Source: Bacteroidales bacterium
Lineage (GTDB): Bacteria > Bacteroidota > Bacteroidia > Bacteroidales > VadinHA17
Assembly: GCA_034003165.1 (NCBI GenBank)
Contig: JAVEZD010000009.1
Span: 1-39,522, forward strand
Reading direction: 5' to 3'
Length of the DNA: 39,522 nucleotides
A model generated the notes under the pieces. The model did not search any database, was not told the DNA's origin, and worked only from the letters and a program-made list of their open reading frames with translations. Positions 17,417-27,577 of this stretch are shown here, piece by piece. The first letter of the stretch is position 1; each line of letters opens with the position of its first letter. The position numbers and the translations under genes were made by a program.

Positions 17417-17511
17417 GGCTGTTATTTTTTCAAAGCAATGGCAGTATAAGGCGTGAAGCATGTGCCGCGCCATGATTATCCTGTATGGCTACAGATAGTG
17501 ACCGATGTGTT

Positions 17512-18816
17512 TCAGACTCTTCTTATGTCGGCACCAATGGCATTCAGTCTGGCGTCGATGTTCTCATAACCCCTGTCAATCTGTTCGATGTTATGGATTG
17601 TACTTACCCCGTCGGCCGAGAGTGCTGCAATAAGCAGTGCGACTCCTGCCCTGATATCGGGTGAGATCATTGTGGTGCCCCTTAGCCTTATCATACGGTC
17701 CTGCCCGATGACGGTAGCCCTGTGAGGGTCACACAGAATGATCTGGGCTCCCATATCAATAAGCTTATCGACGAAGAAGAGTCTGCTTTCAAACATTTTC
17801 TGATGGATAAGAACGGCGCCCTTTGCCTGGGTGGCAGTAACGAGGAATATACTCAGCAGGTCGGGTGTAAGGCCGGGCCAGATAGCATCGGCAATAGTCA
17901 TGATTGACCCGTCGATAAAAGTCTCTATCTCATAATGTTCCTGAGCCGGGATATAAATGTCGTCGTTCCTTCGCTCGACAGTGATTCCCAGTCTCCTGAA
18001 GGCATCAGGAATAATACCCAGGTTGTCGTAGGACACATTTTTGATTGTTATCTCAGATGCCGTCATTGCTGCCAGACCGATGAACGAACCGATCTCGATC
18101 ATGTCGGGAAGTATGTTATGGCTGCAGCCTCCGAGGCTTTCCACTCCGTCGATGTAAAGAAGGTTGGAGCCGATGCCCTGAATCTTTGCGCCCATCGACA
18201 CCAGCATTTTGCATAGCTGCTGGATGTAAGGCTCGCAGGCGGCGTTATAGATTGTTGTTCTTCCTTTTGCAAGGACCGCTGCCATGATGATGTTTGCAGT
18301 TCCTGTCACTGAGGCCTCATCAAGATGAAGGTAGGTCCCTTCAAGTGAGGGGGCTTCTACTGAGAAGAAAGATTCTGATGCCTCAAATCCGAAGCTGGCG
18401 CCCAGTTTCTGAAAACCCATGAAATGGGTGTCCAGTCTTCTTCGGCCAATCTTGTCTCCTCCCGGCTTGGGAATGAAGGCCTTACCAAATCGTGCAAGAA
18501 GTGGACCCACTATCATAATGGAACCTCTGAGGCTTATACTCTGTTCCCTGAATTCCTGTGTCGACATATAGTCGAGGTTTATGTCGCAGGCCTCAAAGCT
18601 TATTGTTGATGGTGATTCGCGCTTGATCTTTACGCCAAGGCATCCGATGAGTTCAATGAGTCTGTTTACGTCATTGATATCAGGAATATTGCTTATAGTT
18701 ACCTTTTCTTTTGTAAGAAGCACTGCACAGATCACCTGCAGGGCTTCGTTCTTTGCTCCCTGGGGTGTTATTTCCCCGTGCAGGGATCTGCCTCCATGAA
18801 CAATAAAAGTACCCAT
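17512..18816 (-). CDS. murA: UDP-N-acetylglucosamine 1-carboxyvinyltransferase
   Basis: Full-length MurA-like sequence (GAKNEALQV..., KPGGDKIGRRRLDTH...). Its start ATG overlaps the upstream stop codon (TAATG). Confidence 0.97.
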   Translation of the reverse strand: MGTFIVHGGRSLHGEITPQGAKNEALQVICAVLLTKEKVTISNIPDINDVNRLIELIGCLGVKIKRESPSTISFEACDINLDYMSTQEFREQSISLRGSIMIVGPLLARFGKAFIPKPGGDKIGRRRLDTHFMGFQKLGASFGFEASESFFSVEAPSLEGTYLHLDEASVTGTANIIMAAVLAKGRTTIYNAACEPYIQQLCKMLVSMGAKIQGIGSNLLYIDGVESLGGCSHNILPDMIEIGSFIGLAAMTASEITIKNVSYDNLGIIPDAFRRLGITVERRNDDIYIPAQEHYEIETFIDGSIMTIADAIWPGLTPDLLSIFLVTATQAKGAVLIHQKMFESRLFFVDKLIDMGAQIILCDPHRATVIGQDRMIRLRGTTMISPDIRAGVALLIAALSADGVSTIHNIEQIDRGYENIDARLNAIGADIRRV

Positions 18817-19460
18817 TAGTGACGCTGATAGCCTTTTTTCTTGATGTTATGTTTGTTTGGCTGCTGTTTGTAGGGTTTCCCCTGAATCTTCTTTTTAACC
18901 GGAGGTACGAGTTCCTTAACTTCAAGGATCTTAATGCCTTCTGACATCTTAAGTTTGCCTCCCGAAAGAAGCTTCATATCGCCTATAATGACCTCGTCAC
19001 TTACCTGACTTCGGTTCCAGGTTACATATGACTTTTTCATCTGATTGAGAATCAGAGAGGTGAGATACACCTTTTCAGGGCCGTCCTCATATTTTGAGGC
19101 TGCTTCAATAAGATCTTCAACGATCCTTCCGTAGTGCAGATAGCGGATATCTCCCTGCTTGTAGGGTACCTGCCTGGGCTTCTCAATAAATTTAGACGGT
19201 TCGGGAGCAGGATAGGGAGGATCAATATCGAGTTCAAAGTTGGCTATCAGGGCAAGGTGATCCCATAGCTTATGCTTGAAATCTCCAACATCGCGGAGAT
19301 GAGGATTAAGATTACCCATTATCTGGATGATGGTTCTGGCTGCCCTGTTCCTCTCGTTCCTGTCTTTGATTGTCTTTATGTGATCAACCATTTTCTGGAC
19401 ATTCCTTCCATATTCGGGCAACGCCATTCTCTTTCTCTGTGTGTTGTAATCGTAAGTCAT
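18816..19460 (-). CDS. DUF4290-family protein
   Basis: MTYDYNTQRKRMALPEYGRNVQKMV... matches the N-terminus typical of the Bacteroidota protein encoded upstream of murA. The ATG at 19460 is preferred over the TTG at 19484. Confidence 0.85.
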   Translation of the reverse strand: MTYDYNTQRKRMALPEYGRNVQKMVDHIKTIKDRNERNRAARTIIQIMGNLNPHLRDVGDFKHKLWDHLALIANFELDIDPPYPAPEPSKFIEKPRQVPYKQGDIRYLHYGRIVEDLIEAASKYEDGPEKVYLTSLILNQMKKSYVTWNRSQVSDEVIIGDMKLLSGGKLKMSEGIKILEVKELVPPVKKKIQGKPYKQQPNKHNIKKKGYQRH

Positions 19461-19584
19461 CCCGTAAGTTGTTATTTTATGCAAAGCTAATAATTAAAAG
19501 CCAATAATTAAGGTTTCTTCAGATTCTTAAAATTCAAATTTTGCCCGGCGAGGCAGTCCGGTGAATGTCAGGCAGGCATTAGCA

Positions 19585-19626
19585 GAAAAAAAAGTTAAAT
19601 GAACAGGCCGGCTTAAAAAGGCCTGT
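19585..19626 (-). terminator. Possible terminator downstream of the His-rich permease gene
   Basis: Hairpin caggcc-N10-ggcctg (19604-19625). On the minus strand a T-run (complement of 19585-19594) follows about 10 nt later. Confidence 0.35.
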
Positions 19627-19704
19627 CTGGCCTGGAGAAGCATAACAGGCATTATCTCTGTATTAGCGGCTGCTGCCTGTCAGGATATTTCCTCTGACTA
19701 AAAG

Positions 19705-20415
19705 CTAGAGGCCAAGGAACTGAATAGCGACTCCCGAAAAGAAAATCATGGCACCTGCAATAAGGTTGCTGTATTTCTCAATGGGTTTGAGGTTTATCTT
19801 ATTGAATCCCAGTTTGAAGGCAAGTACTATTGACATCATGGTCGCAATAGTGACAACGGCAAATAAAACTGAAACAAGGATGGCTCCCGGTATGTTGTTC
19901 TGTGCTGCAGGGTACATCAGCAATGGTATAAGAGGTTCGCAGGGACCGAAGATGAAAATAAGAAAAAGGATCCAGGGAGTGGTTTTGACAACATCAGTTT
20001 CGTGAACATGGAGGTGATCTTTAAGATGCGAATGTTCATGCGAGTGGCTGTTGCCTCCGGGATGAAAATGCGAATGTGTGTGGGTTCTTTTCCTGTAAAG
20101 GTTTCTCAGACTTATAATCATATAAACCAGACCGAAGGCAATAAAGAGCCATCCGGCAATATTACCCCTGAATGATTCAATATCCACCAGCCTGTTTACT
20201 GAGATACCGACTGCAATACCTGTTAGTCCGAGCACTATTGAGCTGAATACATGTCCCAGGCCGCACAGGAAGGTTATGAACATTGTTTTTCTTACTGTCC
20301 ATTTTTTTGCCTCACTCAATACAATAAAGGGCAGATAATGGTCGGGACCCAGAAGCGTGTGAAAGAAGCCGAGAGAGACGGCTGTAGCTGACAATAGTGT
20401 TATTGAGTTTTCCAT
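19705..20415 (-). CDS. His-rich divalent-metal (Ni/Co/Zn-type) membrane permease, NicO/UreH-like
   Basis: Six TM segments. There is an HTLLGPDH motif in TM1 and a cytoplasmic loop HTHSHFHPGGNSHSHEHSHLKDHLHVHE. The family assignment is tentative. Confidence 0.65.
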   Translation of the reverse strand: MENSITLLSATAVSLGFFHTLLGPDHYLPFIVLSEAKKWTVRKTMFITFLCGLGHVFSSIVLGLTGIAVGISVNRLVDIESFRGNIAGWLFIAFGLVYMIISLRNLYRKRTHTHSHFHPGGNSHSHEHSHLKDHLHVHETDVVKTTPWILFLIFIFGPCEPLIPLLMYPAAQNNIPGAILVSVLFAVVTIATMMSIVLAFKLGFNKINLKPIEKYSNLIAGAMIFFSGVAIQFLGL

Positions 20416-20489
20416 CAGTTGCTTTTCTTATCAGATGTTAATTCTGCAATAATATCCAAAAAAACCGGAAAAACAGATGTTGGCTGTTG

Positions 20490-21656
20490 TCAAAGTTCTT
20501 CAGTGTTGTCTTTATCATATTGCAAAGGAAGCCATTCTCCATTGCTGAAGCTAATTTCGGGTATGTCAATATTCTGTTTGTCAAGTAATTCTCTGGATTC
20601 TGAAATGAACTTTATCATTTGTTCATAATCACCGGGTTCATTAAAGAATTCCCGATTTTCTTCAAAGCCGGCAGCGGGGAGAATATAGTATTCCTTTTTG
20701 CCGTCAACGATTGGCAGATACACCCAGGTAAGGCAATAACCTGCCTTTTTTATTCTCAGGCTGCCGTTGTCCCTTTCAAAGAGAACCCTGACCATAGCCC
20801 CCCCGTCTGTTTTTGGCCGGCGCTGATTTGATATGAAGTTTCCAAGTGAATAGACAACAAGCTCATCGGTACTGTCTTTCTTAGTCCATATCATTTTCTG
20901 AAGGACATGTGGATGTGAGCCTATAATAAGGTCGGCTCCCTTTGAGAAAAACAACCCGGCGAGTCTGGCCTGCTCTACTGAAGGTATGGTATCGTATTCT
21001 GTTCCCCAGTGAAGGAATAATACTGTGATGTCGGGGTTTAACAGTGCCGTCTTTTCAAGGTCCCTGCCAATGCTGCCGGCATCGAGCATATTTACTATTA
21101 CCGGTTGGGGAACCTCAATGCCGTTGGTCCCGTAAGTATAATTAAGTATAGCCACTGACAATCCGTTTTTAGTCATAATCAATGGGTTGAGAGAGTCTCT
21201 CTCTGCAGCATCCCTGAAGGTACCGGTATGCCTGATTCCCATACTGTCGAGTCTCATGACAGTACCTTTGATTCCGCTATTACCCCTGTCGGCCGAGTGG
21301 TTGTTGGCAGTAAGAAGGCAGTCAATACCCGACCTGAGGCAGGCGGCGGCCAGCTCAGGAGGGGAGCTGAACTGCGGATATCCTTTAAAAGGGGGACCAG
21401 CCAGGGTGACCTCGAAATTGGCAAAGGCAAGGTCGGCTTCACTAATAAGTGGGGCAACATAACTGAACACAGTGTCGTAGGAGTATCTTCCTGTTTCTTT
21501 GTTAAAAGCTGAAATTATCTGGTCATCATGACCCATTATGTCGCCTATGAAAAGCAGGGAGAACGATTCAAGGCCGGCGTCCTGTGCTCTTATTGCAGGG
21601 GCAGCAAGTATAAGGAGAAGGTAAAGGCTAAGGCTAAGGCTATGGATCCTGTTCAT
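20490..21656 (-). CDS. CapA-family (PGA_cap) metallophosphoesterase-like exported protein
   Basis: Signal peptide (..AIRA/QD) and the motifs FIGDIMGHD, ANFEVTLAG, TANNHSADRG and GSHPHVLQ. Confidence 0.85.
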   Translation of the reverse strand: MNRIHSLSLSLYLLLILAAPAIRAQDAGLESFSLLFIGDIMGHDDQIISAFNKETGRYSYDTVFSYVAPLISEADLAFANFEVTLAGPPFKGYPQFSSPPELAAACLRSGIDCLLTANNHSADRGNSGIKGTVMRLDSMGIRHTGTFRDAAERDSLNPLIMTKNGLSVAILNYTYGTNGIEVPQPVIVNMLDAGSIGRDLEKTALLNPDITVLFLHWGTEYDTIPSVEQARLAGLFFSKGADLIIGSHPHVLQKMIWTKKDSTDELVVYSLGNFISNQRRPKTDGGAMVRVLFERDNGSLRIKKAGYCLTWVYLPIVDGKKEYYILPAAGFEENREFFNEPGDYEQMIKFISESRELLDKQNIDIPEISFSNGEWLPLQYDKDNTEEL

Positions 21657-21863
21657 TACCTGTAGTTTTATTCTATGTGTTTTGCAAAATAGTAAAATTA
21701 ATCTGATGTAAGTTCTTAATATGCGCGATAGATTTCCGGTTAAAAATCCTGTTGGAAATACAGGCAGAATAAATAATACGGTTTAAATTTATGGAAAGTT
21801 TGTTTAATTGTTAACTTAGGCCGCTTTCTGCTGAGACCCCTTTTGCAAGGAAAATTTCTGATT

Positions 21864-23810
21864 ATGAGAAGCCCCGTCAGTAATCCCGACATCAGCAAGG
21901 TATCTTTTGCCGGTGTGATAGTAACCCTAGGTATTGTCTTCGGAAACCTGGGTACAAGCCCCCTTTATGTTATGAAAGCTATAGTGGGGGGAGGTCAGGA
22001 ATTCAATGATCTTCTGATCTATGGTGCCATGTCGTGTATCTTCTGGACTCTTACCCTGCAAACCACTGTTAAGTATGTACTGATAACTTTACGCGTCAAC
22101 AACAGGGGGGAAGGCGGGATATATGCACTGTTTGCCATGCTTAAGAGAAAAACCTCATGGGCCGCTGTTCTCGCTATGGCAGGCGCAAGTGCCCTGCTTG
22201 CCGACGGCATTATCACGCCTGCCATCACTGTAACTTCAGCAATAGAAGGCTTACATCTGTTCAATCCGGCGATTCCTGTTATTGCTATAGTACTTCTTAT
22301 TTTTGTTGTGCTGTTTTTTATTCAGCAGTTCGGGACCAGTCTGGTCGGGGGGGCATTCGGTCCGACAATGGTTGTATGGTTTACCATGCTGGGAGTCCTG
22401 GGGGTACTTCACCTTGTCGAAAACCCAGCGGTGCTGGCTGCACTGAACCCTGTATATGCTTTCAGGTTTTTGTCTGAATATCCCGGCGGTTTCGTATTAC
22501 TGGGTTCGGTTTTCCTGTGTACCACAGGTGCCGAGGCCCTCTATTCAGATCTGGGTCGCTGCGGACTGAAGAATATCAGGGTGTCGTGGACCTTTGTTAA
22601 AACAGCTCTCCTTCTTAATTATCTGGGTCAGAGTGCCTGGTTGCTTAACAGCGGGAATGTTAGGACCGGCATAAATCCTTTCTTTGGTATAATGCCTGAG
22701 TGGTTCCTGATTCCCGGGATCATTATATCCACTGCCGCAGCCGTAATAGCAAGCCAGGCCCTTATTTCAGGGTCATATACTCTGGTAAGTGAAGCCATCC
22801 CTCTTAATTTCTGGCCTAAAATCAAAATTTCCTATCCTACCCATCTCAAGGGACAGGTATATGTCTCATCGGCTAACTGGTTTCTGTGGATTGCATGCAG
22901 CTTCGTTGTAATCTTTTTCAGGGAATCGTCAAACATGGAAGCTGCCTACGGTCTGTCAATAACGCTAACAATGATAATTACAACCCTTCTTCTGGCATTC
23001 TATCTCTTACAGAAAGGGGTGAGTCACAGGCTTGTTGTCATACTTCTTCTGGTTTATCTTACCATTGAGGGCAGTTTTCTTGTAGCCAACCTTAACAAGT
23101 TCAGGAGCGGAGGCTGGTTCACCATATTACTGGCAGTTATTTTCTTTGCTGTCATGTACGGATGGTACTTCGGCAGGAAGATAAAGAACCGCTATATCAC
23201 TTTTGCCAACCTGAAGAACTACAGGCAGATGTTTATAGACCTCTCAGGCGATTCTTCCGTTCCGAAAACAGCTACCAACCTTGTTTATATAGTAAAAGCC
23301 AACCGTTCCGACCAGGTAGAGTCGAAAGTCATTTATTCAATTTTCAATAAACATCCCAAAAGAGCCGACAGGTACTGGTTCCTTCATGTTAACAGGCTGG
23401 ATGATCCCAATCGTTTTGATTACCAGGTTACAGATATCATACCCGGAGTCCTTGTAAAAATTGACTTCAACATCGGATTCAAGGTGGAACCCAGGATTAA
23501 TCTTTATTTCAGGGAAGCCCTCGAGGATCTTGAAGCCTCGGGCGAGGTTGAACTTACAAGCAGCTATGAATCCCTCAGGAAGCATAATATCCCGGGTGAC
23601 TTTCAGTATATTCTGATAGACAGGGTAATGACCCGCGACTACAAACTTACTTCGTGGGAAAATTTCACTCTCCTTCTGCACGGCATCTCAAGGCTGATAA
23701 ATATAGGCGATGTAAAAGCCCTGGGACTCGATGCCTCAAATACAATTGAGGAAAAAGTGCCTATTGCAATAGGTCAGCAGCCCGACCGCAGGATCAAAAG
23801 GATTTTCTGA
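21864..23810 (+). CDS. kup: KUP/HAK/KT potassium uptake transporter
   Basis: GNLGTSPLYVMK motif, about 12 TMs and a C-terminal cytoplasmic domain. The ATG at 21864 is preferred over the TTG at 21843. Confidence 0.93.
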   Translation: MRSPVSNPDISKVSFAGVIVTLGIVFGNLGTSPLYVMKAIVGGGQEFNDLLIYGAMSCIFWTLTLQTTVKYVLITLRVNNRGEGGIYALFAMLKRKTSWAAVLAMAGASALLADGIITPAITVTSAIEGLHLFNPAIPVIAIVLLIFVVLFFIQQFGTSLVGGAFGPTMVVWFTMLGVLGVLHLVENPAVLAALNPVYAFRFLSEYPGGFVLLGSVFLCTTGAEALYSDLGRCGLKNIRVSWTFVKTALLLNYLGQSAWLLNSGNVRTGINPFFGIMPEWFLIPGIIISTAAAVIASQALISGSYTLVSEAIPLNFWPKIKISYPTHLKGQVYVSSANWFLWIACSFVVIFFRESSNMEAAYGLSITLTMIITTLLLAFYLLQKGVSHRLVVILLLVYLTIEGSFLVANLNKFRSGGWFTILLAVIFFAVMYGWYFGRKIKNRYITFANLKNYRQMFIDLSGDSSVPKTATNLVYIVKANRSDQVESKVIYSIFNKHPKRADRYWFLHVNRLDDPNRFDYQVTDIIPGVLVKIDFNIGFKVEPRINLYFREALEDLEASGEVELTSSYESLRKHNIPGDFQYILIDRVMTRDYKLTSWENFTLLLHGISRLINIGDVKALGLDASNTIEEKVPIAIGQQPDRRIKRIF

Positions 23811-24019
23811 GAAATTATTAAATTTTTTCATATCTTCAGGTCTGCTGACAGGGAAGGGAATGCCGGATTTACCTTTAATGTAAATCGTTGATGGTTATAA
23901 TATTGAGTTTCATTGCCAGATCATAATCCGGATGGAACTGATAAGCATCCTCATCTGCGGTGGTTTTTGGGATAACCCGTAATTGACCTGTTCGTAAAAA
24001 TATTTATAAGAGCAAAGGC

Positions 24020-25873
24020 ATGAAAAGAATTGTTTTAACAGGCCTGCTGGCTGTAATAGTCTGTATGTCAATTGTTTCGCAAGATGTTGCATGGAAGGCT
24101 GCCGGAGACAGGATTGTAACCCCCTGGGCAGAAAAGGTGAATCCTCTGGCCCCGTTGCCTGAATATCCACGGCCGCAGATGGTCAGGGATGACTGGCAAA
24201 GCCTTAACGGCTTATGGGATTATGCAATAGTTCCCGCGGAAAGTCCGGTGCCGGCCACATATCAGGGTAAGATACTGGTTCCTTTTGCAGTGGAATCGGC
24301 ACTTTCGGGTGTCGGCCGGACAGTCGGCAAGGGGAATTCCCTGTGGTACAGAACTACCTTCAGGGTTCAACCTGCAATGAAAGGTAGTACCATGCTGCTG
24401 CATTTCGGGGCAGTTGACTGGGAATGTGATGTATATGTCAATGGCATTAAAGCTGCTTCACACAGGGGCGGTTATGATCCCTTTACGGTAGATATAACTC
24501 CACATCTCGGGAAGGGACGTCTGCAGAAACTTGAGCTGAGGGTGTGGGATCCGACTGACGAAGGACCCCAGCCCAGGGGTAAGCAGGTCAATGAACCACA
24601 CGGCATATGGTATACTCCTGTTACCGGAATATGGCAGAGTGTATGGCTTGAACCGGTGCCTGAAACACATGTGTCATCGTTCAGACTGGTTCCGGATATT
24701 GACAGGCAGAAGCTAAGTGTAACGACAGATATATCAAACAGACAGGCCGGAGATGTGGTCAGGCTTACGGCTTATGACGGTAATGTAATAAAGGCAGAAG
24801 CATTATCGGAAGAAGGTGCAGAGGCGGTTCTTGACATTCCCTCTCCAAAACTCTGGTCTCCTGATGATCCATTTCTTTATGATCTCAGAATCACTGTTGA
24901 AAGAAAAGGGAAGGTAGTTGATGAGGTGAAGAGTTATTTTGCAATGAGAAAGATATCGCTTGAGCCTGATGAAAACGGAGTTCTGAGGATGATGCTTAAC
25001 AACAGTTTTGTTTTCCAGTACGGAACCCTTGACCAGGGATGGTGGCCCGACGGATTATATACAGCCCCTACTGATGAGGCCCTGCTCTTTGATATTGAGA
25101 AGACACGCAGCATGGGATTCAACATGATAAGAAAACATGTCAAGACAGAGCCTGCAAGATGGTATTATCACTGCGACCGTCTGGGCATGCTTGTCTGGCA
25201 GGATATGCCCAGCGGCGACCTGGGAGGAAACCAATGGAATACAAGACCCGGGATGGAAGGGGGCAGCGATAAGATCAGGACTGAAGCTTCGGAAAAGATC
25301 TTCCGGACAGAGTGGAATGCCATTATTGATGACCTTTTCAACAGCCCATGTATTGTTGTATGGGTGCCCTTTAATGAAGCCTGGGGGCAGTTTAAGACTG
25401 TTGAGATAACTGAGTGGACCATTAAAAAAGATCCCTCGCGCCTTGTCAACAGTGCCAGCGGAGGTAACTTTAACGAGACGGGGCATATACTCGATTTGCA
25501 TAACTATCCGGGTCCCGTGATGGCCAAACCCGAAGTCTTCGGAGGCAGTCAGGCGCTGGTCCTGGGCGAGTTCGGGGGGCTTGGATTACCCCTTGAGGGA
25601 CATACCTGGCTTGACAGGGATAACTGGGGCTACCGGACTTTCACCGGTGCCGATACTCTGTTTACTACATATTCAGGCTATATAGACCAGATTGTACCCT
25701 TTATTGAAAGAGGCCTTTCGGCTGCAATATATACGCAGACGACTGATGTGGAGGTTGAAACCAACGGACTGATGACTTACGACAGAAAGGTTATCAAAAA
25801 TCCTGAAGAGAAACTCAGAAAGGTGGCAGCTAAAATGTACAATGCTGCCTCATTGATAAGATTCAGAAAATAA
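24020..25873 (+). CDS. Glycoside hydrolase family 2 protein (sugar-binding, Ig-like and TIM-barrel domains)
   Basis: Signal peptide, GH2 N-terminal pattern (LHFGAVDWECDVYVNG...HRGGYDPF) and a TIM-barrel region with WVPFNEAWGQ. Confidence 0.85.
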   Translation: MKRIVLTGLLAVIVCMSIVSQDVAWKAAGDRIVTPWAEKVNPLAPLPEYPRPQMVRDDWQSLNGLWDYAIVPAESPVPATYQGKILVPFAVESALSGVGRTVGKGNSLWYRTTFRVQPAMKGSTMLLHFGAVDWECDVYVNGIKAASHRGGYDPFTVDITPHLGKGRLQKLELRVWDPTDEGPQPRGKQVNEPHGIWYTPVTGIWQSVWLEPVPETHVSSFRLVPDIDRQKLSVTTDISNRQAGDVVRLTAYDGNVIKAEALSEEGAEAVLDIPSPKLWSPDDPFLYDLRITVERKGKVVDEVKSYFAMRKISLEPDENGVLRMMLNNSFVFQYGTLDQGWWPDGLYTAPTDEALLFDIEKTRSMGFNMIRKHVKTEPARWYYHCDRLGMLVWQDMPSGDLGGNQWNTRPGMEGGSDKIRTEASEKIFRTEWNAIIDDLFNSPCIVVWVPFNEAWGQFKTVEITEWTIKKDPSRLVNSASGGNFNETGHILDLHNYPGPVMAKPEVFGGSQALVLGEFGGLGLPLEGHTWLDRDNWGYRTFTGADTLFTTYSGYIDQIVPFIERGLSAAIYTQTTDVEVETNGLMTYDRKVIKNPEEKLRKVAAKMYNAASLIRFRK

Positions 25874-25954
25874 ATACTTAAAACATTGATTTGAAAAAAC
25901 ATAACCAGTATTTTATTGTAATAAATTTAAAATTAACACTTAAATAGTTTGTTT

Positions 25955-27577
25955 ATGAAAAAACTGTTACTTTTTATTTTTGCGTTGACCCTCAGCGTTA
26001 TGAGCATGGGTCAGTCGTCAGTTGCCCTTGTTGTTGATGCAGGGTCGGCAGAGTATACTATCAGCCGTCATATTTACGGCCATTTCTCGGAGCATCTTGG
26101 AAGGTGTATATATGATGGTTACTGGGTAAGTGAAGACATGCCTGTAAGGAAGCAGGATCGTATAAGGCTGGACATTGTTGATGCCCTTAAGAAGATTCAG
26201 ATACCCAACCTGAGATGGCCGGGCGGTTGTTTTGCAGATGAATACCACTGGCGCGACGGCATTGGCCCGAGAAATGAAAGACCGACCATGATCAACACCA
26301 ACTGGGGTAATGTGACTGAGGACAACAGTTTCGGAACACATGAGTTCCTTGAGCTTTGTGAACTTCTTGACGCCGAGCCGGTGATAGTCGGGAACGTAGG
26401 GAGCGGTACCGTTGAGGAGATGTCGAAATGGATAGAGTACCTTAATTATGACGGTGTGAGTCCGATGACCAACATGAGAAAGCTGAATGGCAGGGATAAG
26501 CCATGGGGAGTGACATTCTGGGGAGTAGGCAACGAAAACTGGGGTTGTGGAGGCAACATGACAGCCGATTATTATGTAACACAGTATAAGCAGTATTCAT
26601 CTTTTGCAAAGAACTATCCTGGTTCAACTTTGCTCAAGATTGCCTCAGGAGCTAATTCATCTGACTACAACTGGACCGAAACACTAATGAAAGGACTTGT
26701 GAGTACCGGAGGAAGAAGCAGCATGTGGGGTATGGATATTCATTATTATACCCGTCCACCGAGAGGAAGAATGGGACAGATGCCACCGGCTCAGGGCCAG
26801 CGTCCTGCCGCACCTGCTCAGCCACAGACTCCTGCAGTGAGCCAGGGCTCAGCCACTAACTTCACCGAAGAGACATATTTTGCCACAATGGTGAATGCCC
26901 TTCGCATGGAAGAGATAGTAGCGGGACATGATGAGGTTATGACAAAATATGATCCTGAGAAAAGGGTAGCCCTGATAGTTGGCGAGTGGGGAATATGGAC
27001 CGATCCCGAGCCTGGAACAAACCCAAGGTTCCTTTATCAGCAGAACAGTCTGAGAGATGCTCTTATAGCAGGAACACAGCTTAATATATTCAACAACCAT
27101 TGCGACAGGGTTAAGATGGCTCAGCTGGCTCAGACAATCAACGTACTTCAGGCGGTGATTCTTACTGAAGGTACAGAAATCTTACTTACACCGACCTATC
27201 ATGTGTTTGATCTGTATAAGGTTCATCATGATGCAACAATGCTTCCTGTAAAGTTTTTCAGTCCCGACTACATCCTTGGAGAACAGAAACTTCCCGCCCT
27301 TAATGTATCGGCTTCACAGGATTCAACAGGGGTGGTCCATATCACGCTGGTAAACATAGATCCTAACAAAGCGCTGACAATATCCACAACACTCAATCAG
27401 ATTAACTGGACATCGGTAAGTGGAGAAATACTTACTTCTGATAAGATAACTGACATTAATACATTTGAAAAATCGGACAAGGTTGTTATTAAGAAATTCA
27501 ACGGAGCCAAAAAGCAGGGTGATCTCCTTAATGTGGAACTCCCTTCAAAGTCGGTTGTAATGCTTACAATAAAATAA
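25955..27577 (+). CDS. Alpha-L-arabinofuranosidase, GH51
   Basis: NLRWPGGCFADEYHWRDGIGP, acid/base region WGVGNENWGCGG, and nucleophile region LIVGEWGIW. Signal peptide present. The ATG at 25955 is preferred over the TTG at 25949. Confidence 0.9.
   Translation: MKKLLLFIFALTLSVMSMGQSSVALVVDAGSAEYTISRHIYGHFSEHLGRCIYDGYWVSEDMPVRKQDRIRLDIVDALKKIQIPNLRWPGGCFADEYHWRDGIGPRNERPTMINTNWGNVTEDNSFGTHEFLELCELLDAEPVIVGNVGSGTVEEMSKWIEYLNYDGVSPMTNMRKLNGRDKPWGVTFWGVGNENWGCGGNMTADYYVTQYKQYSSFAKNYPGSTLLKIASGANSSDYNWTETLMKGLVSTGGRSSMWGMDIHYYTRPPRGRMGQMPPAQGQRPAAPAQPQTPAVSQGSATNFTEETYFATMVNALRMEEIVAGHDEVMTKYDPEKRVALIVGEWGIWTDPEPGTNPRFLYQQNSLRDALIAGTQLNIFNNHCDRVKMAQLAQTINVLQAVILTEGTEILLTPTYHVFDLYKVHHDATMLPVKFFSPDYILGEQKLPALNVSASQDSTGVVHITLVNIDPNKALTISTTLNQINWTSVSGEILTSDKITDINTFEKSDKVVIKKFNGAKKQGDLLNVELPSKSVVMLTIK

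Noticed and set aside
17345-17511. CIRCE (TTAGCACTC-N9-GAGTGCTAA) heat-shock operator upstream of grpE
   Set aside because: The motif is not present. Only the unrelated TGCCAA-A-TTGGCA palindrome is seen there.
21657-21863. Possible riboswitch, for example c-di-AMP (ydaO-type), upstream of kup
   Set aside because: I did not see the conserved ydaO/kimA core elements. The region is AT-rich with only a 5-bp hairpin.
23910-24170. 86-aa minus-strand ORF overlapping the GH2 start
   Set aside because: It overlaps the signal-peptide region of a well-supported CDS and has no independent support.
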